This document shows positions 13,201-26,479 of a DNA stretch of 64,000 bases, piece after piece. Below the pieces are notes generated by a model. The model made no database searches. It saw nothing but the letters and a program-made list of their open reading frames with translations, and was not told where the DNA came from. Source of the stretch: Octopus bimaculoides (lineage: Eukaryota); contig NC_068995.1 of NCBI RefSeq assembly GCF_001194135.2, positions 40,123,659 through 40,187,658 of the forward strand, in the 5' to 3' direction. Made by a program: the position numbers and the translations under genes. Within the stretch, counting starts at the first letter, position 1. The number at the start of each line of letters is the position of its first letter.

Positions 13201-16039
13201 GGCAAAGCTCGCCTTTTGAAATACAGAAACTACTCATTTTTGCCAAATGACCAGACTGGAGCAACGCGAAATAAAGTGGATATCGAACTCACGACCTTAA
13301 AATCGTGAGCCGAATATACTAACCACTAAAACACGCGCCTTCATTCTATACTTCTAGTTACTATATTAAATCTGTAAACTGGTGAGCCTGATCCTAATCT
13401 TTCCCAGTGCGCTGAATTTATCAACAAACTCTAGAATTTTCCAGTAGTTGCATTGGAACGCAGTATCTTAAGCTAACAAAATACTCAAGTTTATAGTGCT
13501 ACTACTGCTAACATTGTTGAATTTATTGTTAGTGCTGTTTTTTTATATATATATATACTCCATAAGTCAGGTGCTCTGGGCTATTTGAGAATTAAGTCTC
13601 TCATGTATAGACAAATTGTATCAAAATACGAACTACAAAACTTTTGATTTACTATTGTTCTTAATACCCACGATGGCTTTGATAAAGCATATACATAATC
13701 AGAGTGTGCCAGCCACAACCATCCCATCTTATTTGTTGACAATTTATTCAGGAGTACATCGTCCACTGTGCCATTCCCTTTTTATATTAGTAAAGTGTGC
13801 TTTGAATGGAATATAGTTGCTATTTCTGGTGTTTCCTAGTTGCCTCGAACGACATCTTGAAAATGATTGCTATGATGCCTTATTCATTCGGCCCTCCTCA
13901 TTCTCTTAATATTGTAAAACAGGAACTGTTATGACCAATTTAATAGTTTTGATATAGACCGCATGACAATTTCTGTTGCCTTCAATTGCTTTTTACCACT
14001 GGGCTACAATGGTTACTAAGTCACAGTGTGCTGACTAAGTTTCTGTAAATGTCATATGTCTAAATAACGGCAGACAGTATTATAAATAGCGAAGAAAATG
14101 TGGGGTTTATGTACAACAGATAAGATAGAGGGGAGAAGGAATTTATATTTACACGTGACACTAAAATAACAATCAAACATTTCACTCTAAAACAGGGCTG
14201 AAAAAACTGTCTCACCACTGCACTTGATGTTGTTCAGCTGTAAACTGCCGGCCGTATTTATTCAACATCATGAAGTGAGGTTTTGATTGTGCTGGAGCAG
14301 GCTGCAGCTGTAGGCACAGTGAGCGCTATCAACTTCTCATATACTACCGAAAGTAAACAAACCAACGGTACACCCTATACATGGTCGCTTGCACGGCTAG
14401 AATTAACAGTGGAATCCCTCTCAGATTATACCATAATCTTTTTCAAAGAAAGATTCATCGCGTAAAGTAGTCCTCCTTTGAGTGTACCTTAAAAAAGACA
14501 AGATTTTGAAGGATGAGACACTTTGAGTTATCCGTTTACTCGATCAAACCTTCCCTAAGCCACCACACTTGTTGCAGAGGGGATTTTGTAGTTAAGAAGT
14601 TAGTTTCATTACTACGGAATTTCCCGTTCAATCTCACTGCGCGACACCTTTGACATGTATATTCCACCGTAGCCTCGGATCTACTACAGCAGTGTGCATA
14701 TCAATCGGGTTGATAGAAACTGTGTGGAAGGAATCTTGTTCCTTTTTTTTTGGGTGGTTAACTCTGTTTAATACTATCTTCTAAACTGTGGATACCTTTA
14801 ACATAGTCAAATTCCGTTGCAAACAATCGAGTCAAGTGTCGGCTCTTAAAAGATTTCTTTTAATTAATTGTGTTTAATTACATCGCCTGTAATTTTATCA
14901 CAAGTTAAACGCCTGAAAAGCCAAATACTTGTCGGTAAATTCATCGTTTTGCTTTTATATCTACAGAGTGAATGTATCCCTCTTGATTAATAAAATAACT
15001 AAACTAATTAATTAAACGACAAAAAAATCCATCCTACTAACTGGAAATATTTTAAAATCTTGAAAAGGCGCAATGAAGAATTGCAAAATGAACAAATATA
15101 TAAAAAGAAAGTTAATAGAACAAAAATTTAAGACATTATGAATGCATACCAGCATTTGCGAAATACAGGATTAGTTAAGAGTTTCTTTCTCCTCATTTGT
15201 CTTTTTTAGAATGGTTTTTCTTTCTCTAGCTTAAAATAATCCTCTAATAACACTTTTCTTGAATTTTGTTTTAAAAATAAACTTGGAATGCTTTCAGGTA
15301 ACGACGCGTATTTTGAAAATCTTTGATTATCCTTTATTTGAAGAATGGAATCTTTCCCGAAATATTTTCATTAAACAATCTATGTAACGTACTACAATAT
15401 ATTTTCTCTTTGTTTTTGTTTACCAAGATCTCTTTACAAAATTTGCCTAATTTCTCACTTGAATTGCTGAAAGGCTTTTTCAAACATTTAAATCATTTGC
15501 ACACATTACAAGGTTTCAAGTAAATTATAATACACATTTAGACTTCGATTTGTTTTTCATCTATATATTTTGAATACATTTCACATCAATAATTTTTCGT
15601 ATTTGAATTTATTCTTCTTTGATAAGAAATACGACGTACTTAATCTGTCAATAAAACTTTAAATAAATAAATAATGTTTAATGACGCATTTACTCAACGA
15701 ATAAAAGTTTTCAAAATGTTAACTGGTGTAATTATTCTGACGATAAAATCTTTAAGTAATTTAGCAACCATTTTACGATTAAAAAAAGAAGCTTGCAAAT
15801 TTATCGCCGACCTATTAGGCACAATATGTAAATTATCTTACGATAAAACTACAGGCTATGTATGTTACTGCTATGAACTTTTCGGACACCGTTCGTCTAA
15901 AAATAAGTTCACAGGCGCTCTTCTCTTCTGAGTAAGTCACTTAAAAAAGGCACCGTATGTAAAACAGTATGAACATTCATAAAATTAATTGTAATAAAAT
16001 TTCAGAAAGACTATTTACGTACAATTGACGTCCTGTATC

Positions 16040-16715
16040 ACTATAAACTTGGCATAGCGAAGGTTTCTGCTCGGTGGTTGCCACGTCTTCTGGGCTGATC
16101 AGGTCACGGGAAAATCTGACATTGTTTGAGGCAGATCCAACTGTTTTCTTGGACGGTTTTCTAAGCCAAGATGAATGTTGTCTTCAACTCTTTGAGCTAG
16201 AAACAAAGAGGTAATCCTTGAAGTGGAAACGCCCTCTCCTCACCTGCTCCAAAGAACTCCAAGGTCGTTTCATCTGCAGGGACGGTGATTTGTGGGGGTG
16301 CAAAAGGCATTGTGTTCATTGCCTATCTCCAAAAGGGCCACGCCATCAATGGAGAGTACTATGCCAACTTACAGAGGCATTTACGAAAGGCTATCAAGAC
16401 CAAACGCTAAGAAAAACGGACGAAAGGGATCTTGTTTCGTTAGGACAATGCTTCAGCACACAAACCATTGGTTTCAATGACTGCTGTCCATAACTGTGGA
16501 TTCGAACTGGTTGAACATCGACCCTATTCTCCTGATTCGGCTGCATCTGACTATCATCTATTCCCCGATATGAAAAGACACTTGGCTGGGAATAAGTGTC
16601 GCTGTGAGAATGAAGTCATATTTGCTGTTGACTTTTTTGGCCAACAGGGTGAAAGCTTCCTCACCAACGGAATCCAAGCACTTCAACATCAATGGAAGAA
16701 GTGTATAGACAGACA
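16040..16715 (+). mobile_element. Mariner transposase relic (catalytic domain)
   Basis: RWLPRLL (WVP-like), NGEYYANL, DNASAHK and HRPYSPDSAASDYHLFPDMK (YSPDL motif), with stops and frameshifts. Confidence 0.85.
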
Positions 16716-16778
16716 GGCAGACTGACAGACAGACAGACAGACAGACAGGAGGTGCACGGCTTAGTGATTGCATAAATT

Positions 16779-17164
16779 CTGTGTTGGCACTCCGTCGCTT
16801 ACGACGTGGAGGGTTCCAGCTGATCCGATCAACGGAACAGCCTGCTCGTGAAATTAACGTGCAAGTGGCTGAGCACTCCACAGACACGTGTACCCTTAAT
16901 GTAGTTCTCGGGGATATTCAGCATGACACAGTGTGACAAGGCTGACCCTTTGAAATACAGGTACAACAGAAACAGGAAGTAAGAGTGAGAGAAAGTTGTA
17001 TTGAAAGAGTACAGCAGGGTGCACCACCATCCCCTGCCGGAGCCTCGTGGTGCTTTTAGGTGATTTCGCTCATTAAACACTCACAACGCCCGGTCTGGGA
17101 ATCGAAACCGCGATCCTATGACCGCGAGTCCGCTGCCCTAACCACTGGGCCATTACGCCTCCAC
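16779..17164 (-). mobile_element. SINE family A, full length
   Basis: 13-bp TSD GATTGCATAAATT at 16766-16778 and 17165-17177. Confidence 0.92.
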
Positions 17165-17400
17165 GATTGCATAAATTACAAAGAGAATAAAATACAATAT
17201 TTAATGTGAAAGACGCAGCCAAATGACAGAAAGTGATTAAATGCTAAATAGTATTTAGTTTCTTTTATTTCGGAGTTCAAATCTTGTCCAAGTTGACTTT
17301 AAATCGGTTATCCCCTATATTCTATAAATTTGTGATATACTACCAACTCAATTCCACACTATATTCTTGAATAACGTAATTTTTTTTTGTTGTTTTTCAG

Positions 17401-19464
17401 ATGACGGAAAAAGAATGCAATTGGAAACTATGCGGTTCTGTGTTCTTTATTTTCACACTTGGTCTAATTGTAGGCTTTGTGACTTTTTCAATTCTGTCAG
17501 TGATCGAGTTAAAGCGATTACGTGCTGAAGTGTGTAACGAAGGTCTTGCCAGTTATATAATCGCTAATCCAGAGAAACCTGTAATATTTGCGGATTTATC
17601 ACCCAAAGAAATACGTTCAGTATTCGATTACATTAAAAACCAGTCTGATTTAAATATCGTACATCCAGAAAAAGTTAACAGTATTAATGTTAGTTACGTG
17701 AATAATATTGAATTAATGTTACCCAAGAAATCTGAAGTTGTTGCTTATTTAGAAGGTAGGGCTGAACAGCCGCAAAGAAACGCTAAAGTTGTTATCTTTC
17801 GTGGAGACAAAAGAAAGCCTGTTGTTGAGGAGTATAATGTCGGCCCACTACCTGAGCCGACACAGCATACCTTACAAACAACAATCCCATTTTCTTTTAG
17901 ACCTGCTAGCGAGACAGAGTGGTTCATTGAAAACGACCGATTTATTCAAAAATTAGAACGAGATTTGGGTAGAATAATGAGAGAAAGTTACGGTTCTTCC
18001 TTGTTAAACTGTGGAGACCGATGCTTGACATTCTATTTGGCAACACCTGTTTCTTCCGCCATTACTAGAACCGAAGAAAGACTGAAGTGGATCATGCTTT
18101 CCTATCAGATGGAATATTCTTCTCTGTATCCTTTGGACATGAATATTTTATTGGATTTAACAGGGAACGATCCGATGGATTTCTCGATAAGGGCAATTTG
18201 GTACGAAGGACAACTGTTCAAAACTATCACTGAATTTGTTGACCGTTATCAAAACGATCCATCTGTTAAAAAAGTGCGGAGGAAATTTCCGGTTAAGAAT
18301 GGAAACTTATTTTCTACAGCAAATTTACGAGGCGAAACCTTTCCAACTACAGGTCAACGCCGTGTTTACCAAACAGAGCCAGACGGTAAAAGGTACCGGG
18401 TTGTTGGATCAGAAATTGAATATATGAAATGGAAATTTATCTATAGACTATCCCCAGTTACCGGGCCTCAATTATTTAATATACGCTATCAGGAAGAACG
18501 AATTATCTATGAACTTAGTCTCCAAGAAGTAGCTGTCCATTATTCAGGACAAAATCCAGGAACAATGCTTGCTAATTATTATGATAGCTTTGCTATGTAC
18601 GGCAAAGCAAATAACGGTCTGATACCAGGTGCCGATTGCCCAGAACATTCTTTGATGATCCCAACTTACTATTTTTCTCAACGAAGTAAAGACATAGTTG
18701 AAAAGAACCAATTTTCAATCTGTGTTTTCGAACAAAACACTGGGATTCCTCTGCGACGTCACCATTCTTCAACAAAACAATCAGGAAGATTCTATACAGG
18801 AATGATGGATGATGTTTTGGTCTTTCGAACAATCACAACTGTGATCAACCGCGATTATATTTTTGACTTTGTTTTCCACCAGAACGGAGCAGTGGAAGTT
18901 CGCAGCATTCCCACAGGTTATATAATGGGGACCTACCCTAAAAACGATGAAAAACGTTACGGTAGTCACCTCCATAAACACTTACACGGAAATATTCACC
19001 AGTATTTATTCAATTACCGAATTGATATAGACATCAAAGGGATCAAAAATCGATTTGAAATGTTAAATATTGAAGGTGATAAAACTGAGAACCGAAAATG
19101 GGGAGGTGAAAAATATTATTATCAAAATAAATTTAGGAGAAAACTTGTTTCTACAGAAAAGGAGGCTGCGTACAAATTTGACTTTTCTAAACCGAAATAT
19201 TTAGTCTTTAGCAACGACAAATTTAGAACCGAACAAGGTATTCCTAGATCATATAGAATCCAAATTAATTCAATGAGCAAAGAATTATTACCCCTTGATC
19301 GCAGCACGGAACGAAGTCGATCCTGGAGTCGATACCAATTAGCAGTAACTGTCCATAAAGACAATGAGACTCGAAGCAGTTCTGAATATGTAACGTATGA
19401 TGGCCTGAACCCACTTGTTGACTTTCAGAAATATATGGATGATGACGAGAGCATTGTTGATCAG
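17401..19464 (+). CDS. Copper amine oxidase homologue (AOC1/AOC3-like, type II membrane), coding exon 1; predicted catalytically inactive
   Basis: 688 open codons. Hydrophobic signal-anchor LCGSVFFIFTLGLIVGFVTFSILSVI. Family motifs FADLSPKEI, EEYNVGPLP, PDGKRY, YELSLQE, GADCPEH, ICVFEQ, PLRRH, FHQNGAVEV, TGY, GNIH, RIDIDI. Pyrimidine tract+CAG immediately before the ATG; donor CAG|GTAAGA at 19464/19465. Confidence 0.95.
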
Positions 19465-19855
19465 GTAAGAATCTTCTTTCGATAGTAGGTAACTTACAAG
19501 ATAAGCCGAGGTCTAATCAAACCCAAATATATCCACATTTGTTGCTGTTTTACTGAACATTACACTGATTACATACAGCATTCTTTATTAAATAAATTTT
19601 GATTAATTAAAATTTCAAGGTGGCGAGCTGGTAAAATGCTTGGAGGTATTTCCCTCCCACAAATTTGAGGCCTTGTGATTCCAGTAGAAAGGATTATTAT
19701 TATCATTATTATTATTACTATTATTCAGTAGTTTTATTCTTATAACGTGCTTTCACTTCACTACCGAGCGCAGCTCTGTGTGCCTTGGGTATGGAGCCAG
19801 TGCATGCCATCAAAGTGACACTGGGTTAAAATATACAAAGCCCAGTATACCCATT

Positions 19856-20040
19856 GTGGAGGAGCGTGGCTTAGTGGTTAGGGTGTCAGCATCATGATCG
19901 TAAGATTGTGGTTTCGATTCCTGGACCGGGCGGCGCGTTGTGTTCTTGAGCAAAACACTTCATTTCACGTTGCTCCAGTCCACTCAGGAAACCGGGCCCA
20001 TGAGCCTGGCTTGGCTTTAAAAGGGCACATAAAAAAATAA
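19856..20040 (+). mobile_element. tRNA-derived SINE family B (Meta-domain-like), nested in family E
   Basis: GTGGAGGAGCGTGGCTTAGTGG..GGTTTCGATTCC..TGTGTTCTTGAGCAAAACACTTCATTTCACG. Host sequence AGTATACC appears on both sides. Confidence 0.75.
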
Positions 20041-20674
20041 AGTATACCAACCATGAGTACCCGTGTGATAAGGGTACACCAGGCACATGCATCACAACCA
20101 TATGTGCACGACATGGTGTTTTCATATGAAAATAAACATCGCATGAGCTTCCAGGTGGGGCCCAGTTTCTTCAGGTTGAGTAGCCCATCCTGCTGAAAAG
20201 GTCCCTGAATAAGGTTTGTTTAAGTATGTTACCAGAGGTAAATTATCCAAACTCCAAATAATTCCTCTCAACACATGGCTATGATGCTGTGCCACTACTT
20301 CTGCTCATGATCAGAGATGCAGATATCCTCAGCCTCAAAGTGACATGCTCAAATGGTTATGGTGAAACAACTGACAAGCAAATCTGTGGTATTGAGCGGA
20401 ATATTTGTTGTAGCCCATCTTTTATGTATGATTATTATTATTATTGAGTGAGAGAGCAGTGCATGCCATCAAAGTGACACTGGGGTAAAATATACGAAGC
20501 CCATTATACCCATCATGACTACCCGTCTGATAAGGGTACACCAGGCACATGCATCACAACCATATGTACGCGACATGATGATCTCATATCAAGATAAACA
20601 GCGCATGATCTCGCAGGTGAGGCCCAGTTAGAATTTTCTCCAGGTCGAGTAGTCCATCCCGCTCAAAAGGTCCC

Positions 20675-20745
<71 letters not shown>

Positions 20746-20987
20746 TTCAAGGCCGCGAGCTAGCAGAATCGTCAGCNNNNNNNNNNNNNNNNNNNNNNNN
20801 NNNNNNNNNNNNNNNNNNNNNNNNNNNNNNNNNNNNNNNNNNNNNNNNNNNNNNNNGCCTTCCAGCCTTCCGAGGTCGATTAAATAAGTACCAGTTATGC
20901 ACTGGGGTCGATGTAATCGACTTACTCCCCTCTCCCAAGCTGCCCTAGTGACAACAATTTGAAATAATAATAATTATTATTACTATC

Positions 20988-21200
20988 AAGGCGACGAGCT
21001 GAAGAATCGTTAGCGCGCTGGACGAAACGCTTAGTGGTATTTCGCCTGTCGCTACGTTTTGAGTTCGAATTGCGCTGAAGTTGACTTGCCCTTTCATCCT
21101 CTCAGCGTCGACAAAATAAGTACCAGTTGAACACTGGGGTCGATGTAATCGACGCATCCCCTCCCCCAAAATTACTGTCCTTGTGGCAAAATTTGAAACC
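20988..21200 (+). mobile_element. SINE family C
   Basis: AAGGCGACGAGCTGAAGAATCGTTAGC...GCCCTTTCATCCT...AAGTACCAGTTGAACACTGGGGTCGATGTAATCGAC. Confidence 0.75.
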
Positions 21201-21844
21201 ATTATTATTATTATTGAGTGAGAGAGCAGTACATGCCTACAAAGTGAGACTGGGGTACAAATATACGAAGACCAATATACCCATCCGGATTAGTCCGCTG
21301 ATAAAGGTACACCAGACACGTGCATCACAGCCATATATGCACGACATGGTGATTTCATATCAAGAAAAACTTGCAGATGGGGCCCAGCTAGAATTTTCTT
21401 CAGAAAGGTCCCTTAATAAGATTTGTTTAAGGACGTTGAACGAAACGCCCATGTTTCCAGACGTGAGTTATTCAAACTCCAAAGAATTCCTCTCAACACA
21501 TGGCTATGATGCTCCCCCACTACTTCTGCTCATGATCAGAGATGCACATATTGTCAATCACCCAGGGACAGACTCAACTGGTTAAGGTCAAACAACTGAC
21601 AAGCAAATCTGTGGTATTGAGCAGAATATTTGTTGAAGCCCTTCTTTTACATCAACACAAACATGTACATGATAACACATCCAATCAGCTAATGTCTGAA
21701 GCCATGAGAACCAGTGCTTGGTACTGCATCCATCAGATGGTCAGAATCTTTCGGCTTCGCATCACACAAAAATCTATAAACTTTCTTTCCCTTCCTTCTC
21801 CCATAGTCCTTCCATTCATCGCACCTTCTTTTATGGTTCTGCTG

Positions 21845-22015
21845 ATCTAAAGATCTGTGGAATAATACCAAACTAAGATCAACAACAAGTAGTCCTTGGT
21901 AAATCACGCGGTCGTAAACATACCAACACCGGTCGTCAAGTGGTGTGGGGAAACAAACACAGAGACACGCATAGATATATACATATACTACGTACATACA
22001 TACGTATATATATAC

Positions 22016-22081
<66 letters not shown>

Positions 22082-22222
22082 GACGGTCTTCTTTCAGTTT
22101 TCGTCTACCAAATCCACTCTCAAAGCTTTCGCCTGCTCGAGGCTATAGTAGAAAAGACACTTCTCCAAGGTGTCCCGCAGTGCGATTGAAACTGGAACCA
22201 TGTGATCGAGAAGCAAACCATG
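21845..22222 (-). mobile_element. SINE family D with expanded internal (TA)n
   Basis: Reverse complement of head and body with a long internal TA tract. Confidence 0.7.
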
Positions 22223-22834
22223 CCTGCGCCTACATCTAATTAATTTTTAATCAATTAAAATTTCGGGTACTTCTCCCCCTCCTCCCCCATTAGAATTAGT
22301 AATTTAGATAAAGATTATTCTCGTCGCAAACAAGGTTATTTTCTTTAATTAAGGCTAACTTCAATAAATATCCTATTGTCTACTTTACTATTAAGTTTTC
22401 ATGCAGCAAGTGATTTTCTTTCAGCCATTCTTTTAAGTTATTCGACCACTCGGTTTTAAATCATTAATAATCTATATATTCCCTAAACATTGTCAAATCT
22501 GAAGTAACGAATAAGATATGATTTGCTGAGAACGCCTAATAAGACCGAAACGTGTACGAAATTGCCATTCCTCTGCTTGAGATCAAACTCACTGACTGCC
22601 GCATTCTATAGTCTATTAATTTTAATTAATTAAAATTTCTTAGCTAACTCCATTAGTAATTGTTAGGGCCTACTTTAATATCCATCTGTCTCACTGGTTG
22701 CTTGTATGTCAGTCTTTCTGTCTGTTAGAGTGGTTGTCTACTTGGCTGTCTACGTTCTTGTCTGTCTATTTCTTCGTCCAGTCGTCTATCTAACTTTCTG
22801 ACTAACTCTCCGTTTGCTTGTCTATCTATCTACC

Positions 22835-23140
22835 CGTGGTTAGAGCGTCGGGCTCACAATCACGAGGTAGCGAGTTCGATTCCTGGACCGAGCTGTGGGT
22901 TGTGTTCGTTAGCAAGTTCACTCGGCTGTAGAAATGAGATGCGAAGTCACCAGTGCCAAGCTGCGCCAACCTTTGCCTTTCTCTTGGATAACATCGGTGG
23001 CATGCAGAGGGGAGACTGATATGAATGGGAAACTGCTAGTCTTCCATAAAACAACCTTGCCAGGACTTGTGCCTCGGAGGGTAACTTTCTAAGTGCAATA
23101 CCATGGTCATTCATTACCGAAGGGGGTTCTTTACCCTTTT
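22835..23140 (+). mobile_element. tRNA-headed SINE (family B-related)
   Basis: GTGGTTAGAGCGTCGGG..GAGTTCGATTCCTGGACCG..GTTGTGTTC. Confidence 0.55.
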
Positions 23141-23379
23141 TATCTACCCGTTTGACAACCTTTCCCTGCATCTCCGTTTGTTCATTTCCTTGGACTCCTT
23201 TCTTGATTTATTCTTTACAGCAGAACTCTCCCTCTCATTGTCTCTCCACCTCCTCTCTTTCTCTTTCTTCTGTACTTCTCTCTTCTCTCTTAAGTTACAG
23301 CAGATCTTTCACTTTCTTTCTGTCTGTCTGTCTGGTTGTTTGTCTCTCCTTCTGTCTCTCTGTCTCTCTCTCACTCTCT

Positions 23380-23446
23380 CGCTCCATCCCCTTTTCCTCC
23401 TCTGGCTTGCACACGCACGCACGCACGCACCCTTTCTCTTTTTCCA

Positions 23447-23482
<36 letters not shown>

Positions 23483-23768
23483 TTTTTCTCTTTCTCTCAC
23501 TCTTGCACTCTGCTTTCGTATCTGTCTGTATATCTCTCTCTCTTTCTCTTTCTCAAACACACACACACTCACACACACACGCACACACACACTCTCACAC
23601 ACACATACACACACGCACATACACTCTGTCTCTCCCATAAATTCTTACGACAGATCTTTCTCACACACACACTCTCTCTCTCTCTCTCTCTCTCTCATTC
23701 TCACTCTATCTCTCTCATTCTCTCCACTCTCAATTCTTCCTTCCTTGGCTAATACATACACACACACA

Positions 23769-23810
<42 letters not shown>
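23380..23810. repeat. Compound (CT)n/(CA)n microsatellite block
   Basis: Alternating CT and CA tracts; source of the SLSL/HTHT ORFs. Confidence 0.9.
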
Positions 23811-23811
<1 letters not shown>

Positions 23812-24404
23812 CTCTTATATTCCTCAACAAAACGTTTGTGTTTAACTTCCGTTTTATATATCTGATAACTGTCGTCTGAAACCTATCAATACCATCTGCA
23901 TGCAATATCCTGCAAAGATTATTTTCATTTTCCTTATCTTTAGTTCTGATGAAGCGGTTAGGGCGGTAGAAACCAGACTGTCGTTGTTTTTGTAATAACT
24001 TGTTGTTGTTGTTGCTGCTGCTGCTGCCGCACTGTTTGTCTTGCTCTTGTTGATGTTACAATTGTTATTGCCGTTGTTTTGTCCCAGGATCCTGTCACTT
24101 CCCGGAAGTTTTGTAAATCTAGAACTAATATTGTACAATGTCTTTACTTTTTATTTTGTGCATCATTTTTTTAATCTACATTTTTTTTTTTTTTTGAATT
24201 CCAAGAAATTTGAAATCTTGCAAATAATTTATGGAATCAAACGTTTTTAGGATGCCATTTTAATGGTCACTTGAAACAGATGTGAAAAAAAAAACAAACG
24301 GGTGCTACGTTGCAGCAATGTTAGATTACACAACATTTCCTGTGTTAAGACAGGAATAGCAACAATGATAACATTGTATCATAGCAGACGAGACAGAAAT
24401 ACTC

Positions 24405-24775
24405 TTTTACTCTTTTACTTGTTTCAGTCAATTGACTGCGGCCATGTTGGAGCACCGCCTTTTAGTCGAGCAAATCGACCCCAGGACTTATTCTTTGGAA
24501 GCCTAGTACTTATTCTTTCGGTCTCTTTTGCCGAACGGTTAAGTTACGGTTGTCAAGCGATGCTGGGGGGACAAACACAGACACACATATATATATATAT
24601 ACATATATACATATATACGACGGGCTTCTTTCAGTTTCCGTCTACCAAATCCACTCACAAGGCTTTGGTCGGTCCGAGGCTATAGTAGAAGACACTTGCC
24701 CAAGGTGCCACGCAGTGGGAATGAACCCGGAACCATGTGGTTGGTAAGCAAGCTACTTACCACATAGCCACTCCT
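24405..24775 (-). mobile_element. SINE family D, near full length
   Basis: TTTTACTTGTTTCAGTCA...GGAACCATGTGGTTGGTAAGCAAGCTACTTACCACATAGCCACTCC. Confidence 0.85.
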
Positions 24776-24817
24776 GGTTATCTTTATGACAAAAATATGC
24801 CAATATTCAACGTCGAT

Positions 24818-25040
24818 AAGGCAGCGAGCTAGCAGACTCCTTAGCACGCTGGGCAAAATGCTTAGCGACATTTCATTCGTCCTTACGTTCTGAGTTCAAA
24901 TGCTGCTGAAGTCAGTTTTGCCTTTCAACTTTCTGGAGTCGATGAAATAAGTACTAAATGAACACTGGAATCGATATAATCGACTTACCCGCTCCCCCGA
25001 AATTGCTGGCATTGTGTCAAAAATTTGAAATCAATATTCA
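24818..25040 (+). mobile_element. SINE family C
   Basis: AAGGCAGCGAGCTAGCAG...TTTGCCTTTCAAC...AAATAAGTAC. Confidence 0.7.
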
Positions 25041-25631
25041 ACATTAATCACATTTTAATTATGCCAAAGTACAAGGCTACTCTGGCTTTCTTACCTAATC
25101 TTTACGTAGCTTTATAATAATTTCCAAAATTGATTTTTAATGTGTTCAATATTATAGAATAGTGAGAAAATCAAAGAAACTCATACGCTATTTTTGAAAA
25201 TTATTCCTTTCTTCCATTTATTATGATAATTTTCTGTTTGTTTTGTTTTTAAGAGTACATTTCATGTTCTGCAATTTTTTTTCAAGGTACGACTACATTT
25301 TTGCCTATATGCTTTCCTTGGCGTGGCACCTCTGTTTGTCAGAATTTGTGTCTGGAAAACTTTTTACTAGAGATCGCACAGTGACTGGCCAGTCACGTGT
25401 GTAACACTTCGGATGACTGCCCTATTAGCTAGAACTAGTGTCTCTGCAAGCAGTGGATTTCCGGAGGCACACCCTCAGCCACACTCAGTTGTCCTACTTA
25501 AAGACACCAAATTATTGGTTTTTGACAAATCGTAGACACTTCTTCCCCTTCCTTTGCAAACATTAGTGTGAATAGTCCATAAAATCTCAATTAAAATATG
25601 AATTACGTTCAATCTCCTATACAGTCATTCG

Positions 25632-25663
<32 letters not shown>

Positions 25664-25694
25664 TGTATGTATGTATGTATGTATGTATGTATGT

Positions 25695-25945
25695 ATGTTG
25701 CACTGTTCCAAAGGTCCCAGTTGTCCCATCTAGAGTGAGGCCATGTCAACAGCTTGTGATTCAAAGGCCCACAGCTATTTAACGCCTTTCCAAAACATCT
25801 GGGGGATCTTCATGGAGTGGGGTTAGATGTTTTCAAGAAACAACTTGATCTCCTGTTGTCCAAGGCCCCACATGAACCAATATCAAAACTGGAGACGCAA
25901 AAGAGGGCAGCACTGTCGACAACCCTTCTTCACCAAAAGCTAATC
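25695..25945 (+). mobile_element. CR1/L2-like LINE ORF2 C-terminal relic
   Basis: Broken frame ...FKGPQLFNAFPK...LHGVGLDVFKKQLDLLLSK...RAA, typical of the CR1-group RT C-terminus. Confidence 0.6.
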
Positions 25946-26019
25946 ACTTAAGATTAGCCATTAAAAAATTGATTACACTTGCGGTGCCTCAGCATGCCCA
26001 CAGCCTTAGGGCTGAAACG

Positions 26020-26415
26020 CTGTTGTTGTTGTTGTTGGTACTCCGTCGCTTACGACGTCGATGGTTCCAGTTGATCCGATCAACGGAACAGCCTGCTCGT
26101 GAAATTAACGTGCAAGTGGCTGAGCACTCCACAGACACGTGTACTCTTAACGTAGTTCTCGGGGATATCCAGCGTGACACAGTGTGACAAGGCTGGCCCT
26201 TTGAATTACAGGTACAACAGAAACAGGAAGAAAGAGTGAGAGAAAGTAGCGGTGAAAGAGTACAGCAGGGTTCACCACCATCCCCTGCCGGAGCCTCGTA
26301 GAGCTTTAGGTGTTTTCGCTCAATAAACACTCACAACGCCCGGTCTGGGAATCGAAACCGCGATCCTATGACCGCGAGTCCGCTGCCCTAACCACTGGGC
26401 CATTGTGCCTCCACT
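26020..26415 (-). mobile_element. SINE family A, full length, inserted into a family-D-type tail
   Basis: 11-bp TSD GGGCTGAAACG at 26009-26019 and 26416-26426. Confidence 0.92.
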
Positions 26416-26479
26416 GGGCTGAAACGTATAAAAGAATAAATGAATAAAAGCGCGCGCGTGTGTGCACGTCCGTGGACTT

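Larger units (their letters stand above)
19795..21650 (-). mobile_element. Cluster of 3-4 copies of repeat family E (probable retroelement 3' end with (TAA)n tail)
   Basis: GAGAGAGCAGTGCATGCCATCAAAGTGACACTGGG...GGCACATGCATCACAACCATATG recurs at ~19795, 20040, 20445 and 21214, mostly next to (TTA)n. Confidence 0.7.

Noticed and set aside
19465-19485. VRIFFR* ending of the 694-aa ORF
   Set aside because: Intron read-through past a consensus donor; the conserved C-terminus is at 31711.
22524-22556. CTGAGAA...CCGAAACGTG hammerhead-like remnant
   Set aside because: Core and stem II are too degenerate to support.
23945-23985. CTGATGA...GAAAC motif
   Set aside because: No stem II or stem I pairing; probably chance.
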